Part shown: positions 48,041 to 58,450 of the stretch, piece by piece
Layout of the letters: each line of letters begins with the position of its first letter
Numbering within the stretch: the stretch's first letter is position 1
Source of the DNA: Vicinamibacterales bacterium
Lineage (GTDB): Bacteria > Acidobacteriota > Vicinamibacteria > Vicinamibacterales > CAZQMT01
Direction of reading: 5' to 3'
DNA length: 64,000 nucleotides
NCBI GenBank assembly: GCA_965197935.1
Contig: CBDAOD010000002.1
Location: 1,218,849 to 1,282,848 of the forward strand
Made by a program: the position numbers and the translations under genes
The notes under the pieces: generated by a model
What the model saw: the letters and a program-made list of their open reading frames with translations, nothing else
Databases searched by the model: none
What the model was told of the DNA's origin: nothing

Positions 48041-49948
48041 ATGAGCAAAATCATCGGAATCGATCTTGGCACCACCAACTCGGTCGTCGCGGTCATGGAA
48101 GGCGGCGAGCCGGTGGTCATCACGAATCCCGAGGGTAGTCGGCTGACGCCGTCGGTCGTGGCTTTTACCAAGAGCGGCGAGCGGCTCGTCGGTCAGGTGG
48201 CGAAGCGCCAGGCCGTGACGAATCCGGAGAACACGGTCTATTCGATCAAGCGGTTCATGGGGCGCAAGCACGACGAGGTCGCCGAAGAGATGGGCATGGT
48301 GCCCTTCAAGGTCGTGGGCAATGCCAACGCCGACGCACGGGTCAGGGCTGGTGGCAAGGACTACTCCCCACCGGAGATCTCCGCCATGATCCTGCAAAAG
48401 CTCCGGCAGGCGGCGGAGGACTACCTGGGTCAGTCCGTCGCCAAGGCCGTCATCACGGTCCCGGCCTACTTCAACGACGCGCAGCGCCAGGCGACCAAGG
48501 ACGCCGGCCAGATTGCGGGCCTGGAGGTGATGCGCATCGTCAACGAGCCGACGGCCGCGGCGTTGGCCTACGGTCTCGACAAGAAGAAGGACGAGACGAT
48601 TGCCGTGTACGACTTCGGCGGGGGCACGTTCGACATCTCGATCCTCGAGGTGGGCGAGGGCGTCGTCGAGGTGAAGTCGACCAACGGCGACACGCACCTC
48701 GGTGGTGACAATCTGGACCAGCGGATCATCGACTGGATCGTCGATGATTTCAAGAAGAGCGACGGGATCGATCTGAGCAAGGATCGGATGGCGCTGCAAC
48801 GCCTGAAGGAGGCGGCGGAGAAAGCCAAGATGGAGCTGTCGACGGTCATCGAGACGGACATCAGCCTTCCCTTCATCACCGCGGATCAGACCGGACCGAA
48901 GCACCTGACGATGAAGCTGGCCCGCGCCAAGTTCGAGTCGCTCGTCGAGGACCTGCTCCAGAAGACGGTGGAGCCGGCGCGCCAGGCGATCGTCGACGCG
49001 GGCATCGAGGCGCAGAAGATCGATGAGGTCGTGTTGGTGGGCGGATCGACCCGAATTCCCCGGGTGCAGGCGATCGTCAAGGAGCTGTTCGGGAAGGAGC
49101 CGCACCGGGGTGTGAACCCCGACGAGGTCGTTGCCGTCGGCGCCGCCGTGCAGGCGGGGGTGCTGGGTGGAGAAGTCAAGGATCTCCTCCTCCTGGACGT
49201 GACGCCGTTGTCGTTGGGGATCGAGACGCTGGGTGGTGTTCACACCACGTTGATCCCGCGCAACACCACGATCCCGACGCGCAAGAGCGAGACGTTTTCC
49301 ACGGCCGCGGACAGCCAGACGAGCGTCGAGGTCCACGTGCTCCAGGGTGAGCGCCCGATGGCGCGGGACAACCGCACGCTGGGTCGGTTCCACCTGGTCG
49401 GGATTCCGCCCGCGCCCCGCGGGATGCCGCAAATCGAGGTCACGTTCGACATCGACGCCAACGGTATCGTCAACGTGTCGGCCAAGGATATGGGCACTGG
49501 CAGGGAGCAGAAGATCACCATCACGGCGTCGAGCGGCCTCTCGAAGGACGAGGTCGACCGGATGATGCAGGAAGCCGAGTCGCACGCCGACGAGGACAAG
49601 CAACGGAAGGAAGACACCGAGACGCGTAACAACGCCGACCAGGTCGTCTACGCCGCCGAACGGATGCTCAAGGAGACCGGTGAGAAGCTCGAGCCGAGCC
49701 ATCGTGAGCCCGTCGAGGCTGCGATCGAAACGCTGAAGAAGGCGATCGAGGCCAACGACACCGCGGCCATGAAGAGCGGTGTCGAGGAGCTCAATACCGC
49801 TCAGCACAAGGCGGCCGAGGTCCTCTACAAGCAGACGCAGGACGGTGCCGCGGGCGCCGAACCGGGCGCGACGGCGGGCGGTGATACCGAGGGCGCCCCG
49901 TCCGGCGACGTCATCGACGCCGAGGTCGTCGACGAGGACAAGCGATAG
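48041..49948 (+). CDS. dnaK: Molecular chaperone DnaK (Hsp70)
   Basis: [22 protein letters not shown]... full-length Hsp70. The ATG at 48041 is preceded by GAGGA. Confidence 0.96.
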   Translation: MSKIIGIDLGTTNSVVAVMEGGEPVVITNPEGSRLTPSVVAFTKSGERLVGQVAKRQAVTNPENTVYSIKRFMGRKHDEVAEEMGMVPFKVVGNANADARVRAGGKDYSPPEISAMILQKLRQAAEDYLGQSVAKAVITVPAYFNDAQRQATKDAGQIAGLEVMRIVNEPTAAALAYGLDKKKDETIAVYDFGGGTFDISILEVGEGVVEVKSTNGDTHLGGDNLDQRIIDWIVDDFKKSDGIDLSKDRMALQRLKEAAEKAKMELSTVIETDISLPFITADQTGPKHLTMKLARAKFESLVEDLLQKTVEPARQAIVDAGIEAQKIDEVVLVGGSTRIPRVQAIVKELFGKEPHRGVNPDEVVAVGAAVQAGVLGGEVKDLLLLDVTPLSLGIETLGGVHTTLIPRNTTIPTRKSETFSTAADSQTSVEVHVLQGERPMARDNRTLGRFHLVGIPPAPRGMPQIEVTFDIDANGIVNVSAKDMGTGREQKITITASSGLSKDEVDRMMQEAESHADEDKQRKEDTETRNNADQVVYAAERMLKETGEKLEPSHREPVEAAIETLKKAIEANDTAAMKSGVEELNTAQHKAAEVLYKQTQDGAAGAEPGATAGGDTEGAPSGDVIDAEVVDEDKR

Positions 49949-50011
49949 CCGCGGCGAGTGGCCGGGGGGCGGGAGCCCGAGGCCGTGACCCGTCCCCCTG
50001 ATTCGAGAGAG

Positions 50012-51103
50012 ATGGACTATTACCGCATCCTGGGAGTGACGCCCGAGGCGACGCTGGCCGAGATTCGTCGCGCCTACCGCCGCCTGGCGCGGAAGTTTCA
50101 CCCGAAGATCAACCCGGGCGATCGGACGGCCGCCGCAATCTTCGATCGGGTGGCGGAAGCGCACGAGACGCTGAACGATCCGGACCGCCGACGCCGATAC
50201 GATGCCCGAGGTGGGGCGCCGAGACCGGCGCCCGCCCAGTCGTACGAGTTCCTGGGGTTCGATTTCTCGGCTGCGGTCGAGGGACCGCGCGCCACGACGT
50301 TCGGTGATCTCTTTGCGGAGGTGTTCGCCGGCGGGCGGGTCGCCGGGGGGCCGCCGCCGGTGGAGCACGGCGCGGATCTCCACCACGACGTGACGGTTAG
50401 CTTCGAGGATGCCATGCGCGGCGTCCGCTTCCGGGTGCCGGTGATGCGGCGGGTCAGCTGCGCGCCGTGTCTGGGACTGGGCATGACTCGCATCGTCGGG
50501 GCGCGGTGTCCGCAGTGCCAGGGGACCGGGGCGGTCGGTGGGGCGCGCGGACACATGGTGTTCAAGAAGCCGTGTGCGCCCTGCCACGGGAGCGGTCGGC
50601 TCAGGCACCGGCGGTGTGACGTGTGCGGCGGGGAGGGTGTCACCGCGCGGAGCGACGAGCTGGACGTGCAGGTGCCGGCGGGCATCGGCGACGGGGCGCG
50701 GTTGCGGCTCGCCGGGCAGGGGCACGCCGGTCGCGGCGGCGGCGAGCCGGGAGATCTCTACGTGACGGTGCACGTCACGGCGGACTCTCTGTTTCGACGC
50801 GAGGGTGACGATCTGCTGGTCGAGGTGCCGGTGGCGATCCACGAGGCCGGGCTCGGCGCGCGAATCGAGGTGCCGACGCTGGATGGTCCGGTGAGGCTTC
50901 GCATTCCTGCCGGGACCCAGTCCGGCCAGTCCTTCCGGTTGCGCGAGCGAGGGGCGCCCTCGAGGCAGGGCGGAGGCCGGGGAGATCTGGTCGTCGAGGT
51001 GCGGCTGGTGCTGCCGGTGCTCCTCGACGAGCGGTCGAAGGATCTCCTACGCGAGTTCGGAGACATCAACACCGAGAACGTCAGGGCGCCTCTCTCGACG
51101 TGA
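50012..51103 (+). CDS. dnaJ: DnaJ-type co-chaperone (J domain with HPK instead of HPD, four CxxCxGxG zinc-finger repeats)
   Basis: MDYYRILGVTPEATLAEIRRAYRRLARKFHPKINPGD. Zinc-finger repeats CAPCLGLG, CPQCQGTG, CAPCHGSG and CDVCGGEG, plus the C-terminal substrate-binding domains. Confidence 0.85.
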   Translation: MDYYRILGVTPEATLAEIRRAYRRLARKFHPKINPGDRTAAAIFDRVAEAHETLNDPDRRRRYDARGGAPRPAPAQSYEFLGFDFSAAVEGPRATTFGDLFAEVFAGGRVAGGPPPVEHGADLHHDVTVSFEDAMRGVRFRVPVMRRVSCAPCLGLGMTRIVGARCPQCQGTGAVGGARGHMVFKKPCAPCHGSGRLRHRRCDVCGGEGVTARSDELDVQVPAGIGDGARLRLAGQGHAGRGGGEPGDLYVTVHVTADSLFRREGDDLLVEVPVAIHEAGLGARIEVPTLDGPVRLRIPAGTQSGQSFRLRERGAPSRQGGGRGDLVVEVRLVLPVLLDERSKDLLREFGDINTENVRAPLST

Positions 51104-51141
51104 TGCGGAGGTCCGTGACGCGAGGAATCGGGTAGGGTCCG

Positions 51142-51600
<459 letters not shown>

Positions 51601-51703
51601 ACCGTTCGGTCGTGTGCCAGGCATGGCGCGCGACGATGCAACGGAGTATCATTCGGGCGGGTGGCCGCACCCGGACGTTGGCGCGCTCGATTGATCTCGT
51701 CTG

Positions 51704-52555
51704 ATGATCGTAGAACCTTCCTGCCCACTGTGTGACGGAACCGGATGGACGCCGATCGACGCCGACGGTGAGCGTCGAGTGACGCGCTGCGACTGCTGGC
51801 GTCGCAGCTTGAGCGAGAGGCTCCTGCGCGAGGCCAACATCCGTCGCCGCTACGAGCACTGCGATTTCGAGAACTTCACCACCTATCCGAATGAGCGGCT
51901 GCTCACCGCCGTGGGTCGCGCGCGCCGGTTTGCCGAGGCGTTCCCCGTCGTCGAGCGTGGGCTGTTTTTCGTCGGTCCGCCCGGAATCGGTAAGAGTCAC
52001 CTGGCGGTCGCGGTGCTCAAGCAGGTGATACGCACACGCGGCGCCACAGGCGTCTTCTACGACGTGCGCGAGCTACTGCGGCTCATCCGTGGCACCTACG
52101 ATCCGGTCGCCAGAACGGCCGAGATGGACATCCTCCAGCCGGTGATCGGAGCGGACCTGCTGGTGCTGGACGATCTCGGGGCAGAGAAGACCTCGGAGTG
52201 GGTCGAAGAGACGCTGAACCTGATCGTGAACAGCCGCTACAGTGAAAAGCGTCCCACGATCTTCACGTCCAACTACGAGGAGAAGGAGGATTCGACGGAT
52301 CCCGACTCCCTCTTCGTCCGCGTCGGTTATCGCATGCACTCGCGGCTGTACGAGATGTGCGAGTTCCTGGAGTTCGACGGCGCGGACTATCGGCACCGGG
52401 AGCCCAACGCCGGTGCGGAGGATCTCCTCGCGCTGTGGAAGAACCAGCGTCGTCCGAAGAAGCTGCCGGCTCGGTCCACCCGCCAGGCCCGCGCCAGCCT
52501 GCGGGAGCAGGCACCCGAGCTGCGCTGGCCAGGCGGTCGAGCCGGTCGAGATTGA
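51704..52555 (+). CDS. DnaC/IstB-like AAA+ ATPase with N-terminal Cys cluster
   Basis: CPLCDGTGW...CDC zinc-type motif, Walker A GPPGIGKSHL, Walker B LLVLDDLG and sensor region TIFTSNY. Confidence 0.75.
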   Translation: MIVEPSCPLCDGTGWTPIDADGERRVTRCDCWRRSLSERLLREANIRRRYEHCDFENFTTYPNERLLTAVGRARRFAEAFPVVERGLFFVGPPGIGKSHLAVAVLKQVIRTRGATGVFYDVRELLRLIRGTYDPVARTAEMDILQPVIGADLLVLDDLGAEKTSEWVEETLNLIVNSRYSEKRPTIFTSNYEEKEDSTDPDSLFVRVGYRMHSRLYEMCEFLEFDGADYRHREPNAGAEDLLALWKNQRRPKKLPARSTRQARASLREQAPELRWPGGRAGRD

Positions 52556-53691
52556 TGCCCCCACCCGCCGCGCCGCTCGGCTTGTATCTCCACATTCCCT
52601 TCTGCGCCTCGATCTGCGGTTACTGCAATTTCAACCGCGGGCTGTACGACGAGCCGCTGAAGACGCGCTATGTGACGGCGCTGGTGGAGGAGATCGATCG
52701 CTGCGGGGCAGACGAGCCCGCCGATACGATCTACTTCGGTGGCGGCACTCCCTCGCTGTTGGAGCCGGCCGAGGTCGGAGGGTTGATCGACGCGTGCCGC
52801 CGATCCTTCCAGGTGAGTGACGCGGCGGAAGTGACCCTCGAGATCAATCCCGAGAACGCGGTGCCGGCGTTGCTGGAGGGCTACCGTCGGGTGGGGGTCA
52901 ATCGCCTCAGCTTCGGCGTGCAGTCTTTCCTGGACGCCGAGCTCGCGCGACTGGACCGCGCGCATTCGGCCGGCCGGGCGCGCGAGGCCGTGGCGCTGGC
53001 GCGCGAGGCCGACTTCGACAACGTGAGCCTCGACCTGATGTTGTGGCTCCCCCAGCAGACGGTGGCCCAGGCACACGAGTCGGTCTCGGCGTTGCTCTCG
53101 CTGCGACCCGAGCATGCGTCACTGTATTTGCTGGAGCTGTACCCCAACGCGCCGCTGCGGGACGCCATGACGCGCGGCGCGTGGTCCCTCGCGCCCGAAG
53201 ACGACGCGGTGGACATGTATCTGGGTGCGCTCGACCGGCTGGACGCCGCCGGCTACGAGCACTATGAGCTCTCGAACGTGGCGCACCCCGGGCGCCGGTC
53301 GCGCCACAACCTCAAGTATTGGACCGACGGCGTCTGGCTCGGTTTCGGCTGCGGGGCCCACTCCACCAGGGACGGGATCCGCTGGCACAACATTGCGGGT
53401 GTCACCGAGTATGTGAGCCTGGTAGAATCTGGAGACGACCCGGGCATCGACCACCGGGTCCTGAGTCCGGACCAGCGGGTCGAGGAGGCACTGTTCACGG
53501 GCCTGAGGCTCACGGAGGGCGTGGATCTGTCGTCGGTCGGTCGGGAGTATGGCGTGGATGCCTGGGTGCGCTACGGGGAGGCCCTGTCGCGCCACGCGGA
53601 CGCCGGGCTCGTCATTCGGGAAGCAAACCGGCTGAGGCTGACGCGGCGCGGGATGTTGCTGGCCAACGAGGTCATGGGTGTTTTCGTCTAG
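52555..53691 (+). CDS. hemW: Radical SAM heme chaperone HemW / coproporphyrinogen-III-oxidase-like protein
   Basis: ATG at 52555 overlaps the upstream TGA. LYLHIPFCASICGYCNF (CxxxCxxC), GGGTPS and the HemN C-terminal domain. Confidence 0.85.
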   Translation: MPPPAAPLGLYLHIPFCASICGYCNFNRGLYDEPLKTRYVTALVEEIDRCGADEPADTIYFGGGTPSLLEPAEVGGLIDACRRSFQVSDAAEVTLEINPENAVPALLEGYRRVGVNRLSFGVQSFLDAELARLDRAHSAGRAREAVALAREADFDNVSLDLMLWLPQQTVAQAHESVSALLSLRPEHASLYLLELYPNAPLRDAMTRGAWSLAPEDDAVDMYLGALDRLDAAGYEHYELSNVAHPGRRSRHNLKYWTDGVWLGFGCGAHSTRDGIRWHNIAGVTEYVSLVESGDDPGIDHRVLSPDQRVEEALFTGLRLTEGVDLSSVGREYGVDAWVRYGEALSRHADAGLVIREANRLRLTRRGMLLANEVMGVFV

Positions 53692-53750
53692 CGCCTCAGT
53701 ACGGTAAAGTACGCGAACCTCGGCCAGACCTTGACAAGGAGGGAAGTAGG

Positions 53751-54233
53751 ATGAGTTCGATTCTGATTTTGCCGGTGCATGCTCGCCGGCGCATGGTGCT
53801 TGGCCTTGCGATCGTTGGGGTGTGCCTTGCGGTGACCGCCGGCAGTGTTCAGGCGCAGGATGCCCCGGTTCGGACCTTTGCATCGGAGGTGGGAGTTCTT
53901 TTCAATCCGATCAAGCCCGAGGCGACCGCCGATTTCGAGGAGGTCATGGGCAAGGTCAAGGAGGCCCTCGCCAACAGCGAGGACCCGATGCGGCAAGAGC
54001 AGGCGGCCGGCTGGAGGATCTTCAAGTCCAAGGAGCCCGGCCCCGGCGGGAGCGTCTTCTACGTCATGGTGATGGATCCCGCGGTCGAGGGCGGTGAGTA
54101 CGCCGTCGGGCAGCTCCTCGCCGAGTCCTTCCCTGACGAGGCGCAGAGTCTCTACGAGAAGTTCAGCGCCGCCTTCGCGGGCGGCCAGAGCTTGATGAAC
54201 CTCGACCTCGTCAGCAGCTTCAGCACCCCGTAA
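53751..54233 (+). CDS. Secreted hypothetical protein (paralogue 1)
   Basis: GGAGGGAAG Shine-Dalgarno before the ATG at 53751, and a signal peptide (LGLAIVGVCLAVTAGSVQA). The mature part is very similar to the next gene. Confidence 0.6.
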   Translation: MSSILILPVHARRRMVLGLAIVGVCLAVTAGSVQAQDAPVRTFASEVGVLFNPIKPEATADFEEVMGKVKEALANSEDPMRQEQAAGWRIFKSKEPGPGGSVFYVMVMDPAVEGGEYAVGQLLAESFPDEAQSLYEKFSAAFAGGQSLMNLDLVSSFSTP

Positions 54234-54465
54234 CTGCCGGTCATGGGTCGGCGTGGCCCCACGGAGTCGTGATGCCGCGCCGATGCCGTCCCTCCCGCAC
54301 CCGAGCCGGCCGTCGCGCCGGGACGGGGCCAGGTTGTCCGGTCCGACGGCTGCCGTGCGGCGCCCATCCGGACGTCCAAGCGCGTCTGTGAATCAGACCG
54401 GCGCGTGGCGTCATCATGGCCACGTGGCCACCATCCAAGCATTTCAATCCGCGAACGGGGGATTC

Positions 54466-54987
54466 ATGACAGCACGCAATGCGTGGCGAAGTCGTCGAGC
54501 CGGAGCGGCGAGGGCGAGCCTGCCGGTCGCGATGGTGACCGTGATGCTGCTCGGCTTGACGGTGGAGGGGCTCCAGCAACCCGCCCCGTCGACCGGCGAG
54601 GGTTCGGGAGAGGTTGTCCCGGTCAGGACCTTCGCATCGGACGCGGGGATCATTCTGAATCCGATCAAGTTCGAGGCGACCGCCGATTTCGAGCTGGTCA
54701 TGGGCAAGCTCAAGGAGGCCCTGGCCAGCAGCGAGGACCCGAAGCGGCAGGAGCAGGCGGCTGGCTGGAAGGTCTTCAGGTCCCAGGAGCCTGGCCCCAG
54801 CGGCAGCGTCCTCTACGTCATGGTGATGGATCCTGCGGTGCAGGGCGGCGAGTACGCCGTGTCGAAGATCCTCTCAGAGGCCTTCCCCACGGAGGTGCAG
54901 GAGCTCTACCAGAAGTTCAGCGACGCCTACGCGAGCGGGCAGAGTCTGCTGAACCTCGATCTCGTCAGCAACTTCAGCGCCCCCTGA
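54466..54987 (+). CDS. Secreted hypothetical protein (paralogue 2)
   Basis: ATG at 54466 and a signal/TM segment. VRTFASDAGIILNPIKFEATADFELVMGKLKEALASSEDPKRQEQAAGWKVFRSQEPGPSGSVLYVMVMDPAV... aligns without gaps to paralogue 1. Confidence 0.6.
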   Translation: MTARNAWRSRRAGAARASLPVAMVTVMLLGLTVEGLQQPAPSTGEGSGEVVPVRTFASDAGIILNPIKFEATADFELVMGKLKEALASSEDPKRQEQAAGWKVFRSQEPGPSGSVLYVMVMDPAVQGGEYAVSKILSEAFPTEVQELYQKFSDAYASGQSLLNLDLVSNFSAP

Positions 54988-55053
54988 TGGTGTGTCTCAC
55001 ACATGACGCGACGGCTCGAGGTGTGGGCGCCGGATCTGACAACATCGTGCTAG
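54988..55053. repeat. Family D half-element
   Basis: GGTGTGTCTCACACATGACGCGACGG...GGGCGCCGGATCTGACAACATCGTGCTAG. Its reverse complement aligns with the D1 left arm (CTAGCACTACGTTGTCAG...). It starts right after the stop of paralogue 2 and shares its CTAG with B3. Confidence 0.45.
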
Positions 55054-55213
55054 TGCACCGCCGTCGAGATGCGGTCGCGCCTCGAGCCCGCTGCACACCC
55101 ACCAGCGGCGTTGCCGCTCCTCGAAATACTCCCGGTATTCCTCGTCGCGGCGCCTTGCGCCTGGGCGCGCTGCGAACCCGATCCGTGACCGCATCTCGAC
55201 GGCGGTGCACTAG
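55050..55213 (-). mobile_element. Core-bearing hairpin MITE, family B (copy B3)
   Basis: CTAGTGCACCGCCGTCGAGATGCGGTCGCG ... GTGACCGCATCTCGACGGCGGTGCACTAG, with tip AATACTCCCGGTATT at 55125-55139. The right CTAG holds the stop of the minus-strand OMP gene. Confidence 0.85.
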
Positions 55214-55692
55214 AACGCCACGTTCAGCCCAGCGTAGAAGCGCTGCGGGCGTGAGTGCATCGGGCTACCCCTGAGATTGAAGACGCGGTAGTCCAGGCGA
55301 AGTCTGAGCGGACCGGCCAGCGACACCTTGACGCCGCCACCCAGGTTGCCGCCCACGTGGGTCTCCTGGATCGACCCGAGCCGCTCGCGGTAGAGCCCGC
55401 CTCCAACGGTTCCGTAGAACTGTAGTCCCGATATAGGGAACGGCGTCTGGACGTAGACGTTCCCCATTCCCGTCCGTAGAGACGGCGCGCCGGCCACCTC
55501 GTCCTCGCTCGTGCCGGCGTACTCGAACTCGAACCCCACGATGACCAGGCCCACGCCCAGCGCCAGGCCGCGCGCGGTGCGCCGCGTCGGGGCGTCCTGG
55601 ACGCCGAGAAACGCGGTGAAATCGGCGTGGGCCGGCCGCGCGAGTCCGCCGAAGAGGACGAGGGCGGCGGCGATCAAGAGTGCACGTCTCAT
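55210..55692 (-). CDS. Small outer-membrane beta-barrel protein
   Basis: ATG at 55692, signal peptide [23 protein letters not shown], alternating beta-strand pattern and C-terminal ...FYAGLNVAF ending in Phe. Confidence 0.7.
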   Translation of the reverse strand: MRRALLIAAALVLFGGLARPAHADFTAFLGVQDAPTRRTARGLALGVGLVIVGFEFEYAGTSEDEVAGAPSLRTGMGNVYVQTPFPISGLQFYGTVGGGLYRERLGSIQETHVGGNLGGGVKVSLAGPLRLRLDYRVFNLRGSPMHSRPQRFYAGLNVAF

Positions 55693-55837
55693 GTTCTCTA
55701 TTATCGATCCTAACCTAACCGCAGGGTGCACCGGATCCGGCGCCGCCTATCGAGGAGGTACGGCTGAAGCGAGGTCGGCGATCGGTTTTCTGCGCGCGAG
55801 TGGGGACACCCGGTGTGATAGAGTCCGACCCTGCAAG

Positions 55838-56977
55838 ATGGACTTCAGATCGACCGCAGAGCAAACGCTCTTGCGGCGTACGGTCCACGAGTTTGCCGAG
55901 GCGGAGATCCGTCCGCACGTGATGGCGTGGGACGAGGCGCAGGCATTCCCACGCGACCTCGTGCGCCGGCTGGCCGGGATGGGTCTGATGGGGATTCAGT
56001 TCCCCGAGGAGTACGGCGGGTCGGGCATGTCCGCCGTCGACTACTGCATTTGCATCGAGGAGCTGGCACGCGTCGATCCCTCCATCGCGCTCTCGGTCGC
56101 GGCGCACAACGGCCTGTGCTCGGCGCACATCCACATGTTCGGCACCGACGCGCAGAAACGCCGCTACCTCGTGCCGCTGGCGCAGGGCGACAAGCTCGGC
56201 GCATGGGGCTTGACCGAGCCCACGGCAGGCAGCGACGCCGCCGCCACGCGGACCGTGGCCATCCGGCAGACGACCCGGTGGATCCTCGACGGGGCGAAGA
56301 CCTTTACCACCCACGGTCGAATTGGTGACGTCGTGGTCGTCATGGCCGTCACCGATCGCGCGAAGGGGCACCGCGGCATCTCGGCGTTCATCGTCGAGCG
56401 AGGCACCCCGGGTCTCTCGGCCGGCCGGAAGGAGAACAAGCTGGGGATGCGGGCGAGCGACACCAGCGAGGTCGTCCTCGACGGTTGCGAGGTGGGCGAC
56501 GATCAGCTCCTCGGCGCCGAGGGCGAGGGGTTCGTCAACGCCTTGCAGGTCCTCGACGCGGGGCGGATCGGGATCGCGGCGCTGGCCGTGGGGCTGGCGC
56601 AGGGAGCCTACGAGGCGGCCCGCGACTACGCGACCGAGCGGAAGCAGTTCGACCAGCCCATCGCCTCGTTCCAGGCCATCCAGTGGAAGCTGGCGGACAA
56701 CGCCACGCGGATCGAGGCCGCCCGGTTGCTGACCTACCGCGCCGCCTATCTGAAGGATCGCGGAGAGCGGACGACCCGCGAATCGGCGATCGCCAAGCTC
56801 TTCTCGAGCGAGATCGCCGTCCGCGCCGCGGAGGACTGTGTGCAGGTGCATGGCGGGTACGGCTTCGTGAAGGACTATCCCGCCGAGAAGTTCTACCGTG
56901 ACGTCAAGCTGACGACGATCGGCGAAGGCACGAGCGAGATCCAGCGGCTCGTGATCGCCCGGCAGCTCCTGGGGTGA
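55838..56977 (+). CDS. Acyl-CoA dehydrogenase
   Basis: ATG at 55838. [16 protein letters not shown] ... [19 protein letters not shown]. Confidence 0.9.
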   Translation: MDFRSTAEQTLLRRTVHEFAEAEIRPHVMAWDEAQAFPRDLVRRLAGMGLMGIQFPEEYGGSGMSAVDYCICIEELARVDPSIALSVAAHNGLCSAHIHMFGTDAQKRRYLVPLAQGDKLGAWGLTEPTAGSDAAATRTVAIRQTTRWILDGAKTFTTHGRIGDVVVVMAVTDRAKGHRGISAFIVERGTPGLSAGRKENKLGMRASDTSEVVLDGCEVGDDQLLGAEGEGFVNALQVLDAGRIGIAALAVGLAQGAYEAARDYATERKQFDQPIASFQAIQWKLADNATRIEAARLLTYRAAYLKDRGERTTRESAIAKLFSSEIAVRAAEDCVQVHGGYGFVKDYPAEKFYRDVKLTTIGEGTSEIQRLVIARQLLG

Positions 56978-57046
56978 GAGGCCGCTGCCGACTGCGCGCG
57001 GCATGAGGCGTGTCGCCATGTCTCGGCGCGCGGCCCGCGTGTCACC

Positions 57047-58450
57047 ATGAGCTCACACCACGGACCGCTCGTCGACCGCGTCCTGGCGGGGGACCGGCGC
57101 GCGCTGGCGCGCGCGATCTCGATCGTCGAGGACGAGGCCGGCGCCGAGATCGTGCGGGCGCTCTTCGCACGCACCGGCCGCGCCTACCGGATCGGGGTGA
57201 CAGGCCCACCGGGTGCAGGCAAGAGCACGTTGGTCGACCGGATGACGACCGAGCTGCGCGCGGGCGGCCAGACCGTGGGGATCATCGCCGTCGATCCATC
57301 GAGCCCGTTCACCGGCGGCGCCGTCCTGGGCGATCGCGTCCGCATGCAGCTCCACGCGGACGACCCCGGCGTCTTCATCCGCAGCATGGCCACCAGAGGG
57401 CATCTCGGCGGCCTGTCGCGAACCACCGACGAGGTGGCGCTCGTGATGGACGCGGCCGGCTTCGACGTTGTGCTCATCGAGACGGTCGGTGTCGGACAGG
57501 ACGAGGTCGATGTCGTGCGCACCGCGGACATCTCGATCGTGACGGTCGCGCCGCAGTCGGGCGACGACGTGCAGGCGCTGAAGGCCGGCATCATGGAGAT
57601 CGGGGACGTGTTCGTGGTGAACAAGGCCGATCTGGATGGCGCCGACCGCACCCGGACGTCGATCGAGGCCATGCTCTCCCTGCAGCCGATTGCCGAGGGC
57701 GCGTGGCGCGCTCCGGTGCTCCTGACCGTGGCGACGTCGGGGCAAGGCGTCCGCGAGGTGTTGGCGACCGTCACCGGGTTTCGCGACCGCGCCGCAGAGG
57801 CCGGAGCGTCGCGGCGCCGCCTCCACTACGAGGCGCGGCTGCGTGAGATACTGGGGCGCCGCTTCGTCGGGTTCGTCGAGCGCGACCTGCTCGAACCAGG
57901 AGAGCTGGAAGGGTTCCTCGATCGTATCGAGACGCGGGCGCTGGACCTCTATTCGGCCGCCGACGAGATCATGAGTCGGACGCGAGCGGCCGACCGGGAT
58001 AGCACGAGGATCATGAAGGCCACCCTGGACCACGTCGGCATCGCGGTCGCAGACCTGGATGCGGCGCTGGCCTTCTATCGCGATGCCCTGGGTCTCGAGG
58101 TCGGGCCGTCCGAGGAGGTCGCGTCCCAGGGCGTGCGGGTCCACTTCATCGGTGTGGGCCACTCGGCCATCGAGCTGCTCGAGGCCACGACCCCCGACTC
58201 CCCGATCGGGCGATTTCTCGAGCGGCGGGGACCGGGAATCCATCATCTGACGCTTCGGGTGGACGATCTCGCCGCGGCGCTCGCCGGTCTGAAGCGCCGC
58301 GGCGCCCGCCTGATCGACGAGACGCCGCGACGTGGCGCCGAGGGCGCGTTGGTGGCCTTCGTCCATCCCTCGAGCGCGCACGGCGTCCTGGTGGAGCTCA
58401 CACAGGTCCGCGCGCCGCGCTCGCGCGAGGAAGCTGAGGGTGGCACATGA
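57047..58450 (+). CDS. MeaB/ArgK-type G3E GTPase fused in frame to methylmalonyl-CoA epimerase (VOC fold)
   Basis: Residues 1-~320 are MeaB (GVTGPPGAGKSTL, IETVGVGQ, VNKADL). From the in-frame ATG at 58013 the sequence is MKATLDHVGIAVADLDAALAFYRDALGL...GPGIHHLTLRVDD...VHPSSAHGVLVELTQ. No stop codon lies between the two parts. Confidence 0.8.
   Translation: MSSHHGPLVDRVLAGDRRALARAISIVEDEAGAEIVRALFARTGRAYRIGVTGPPGAGKSTLVDRMTTELRAGGQTVGIIAVDPSSPFTGGAVLGDRVRMQLHADDPGVFIRSMATRGHLGGLSRTTDEVALVMDAAGFDVVLIETVGVGQDEVDVVRTADISIVTVAPQSGDDVQALKAGIMEIGDVFVVNKADLDGADRTRTSIEAMLSLQPIAEGAWRAPVLLTVATSGQGVREVLATVTGFRDRAAEAGASRRRLHYEARLREILGRRFVGFVERDLLEPGELEGFLDRIETRALDLYSAADEIMSRTRAADRDSTRIMKATLDHVGIAVADLDAALAFYRDALGLEVGPSEEVASQGVRVHFIGVGHSAIELLEATTPDSPIGRFLERRGPGIHHLTLRVDDLAAALAGLKRRGARLIDETPRRGAEGALVAFVHPSSAHGVLVELTQVRAPRSREEAEGGT

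Noticed and set aside
54418-54429. Palindrome GGCCACGTGGCC 37 nt upstream of paralogue 2 as an operator
   Set aside because: It is a single 12-bp GC-rich palindrome with no second copy in the window, which is insufficient evidence.
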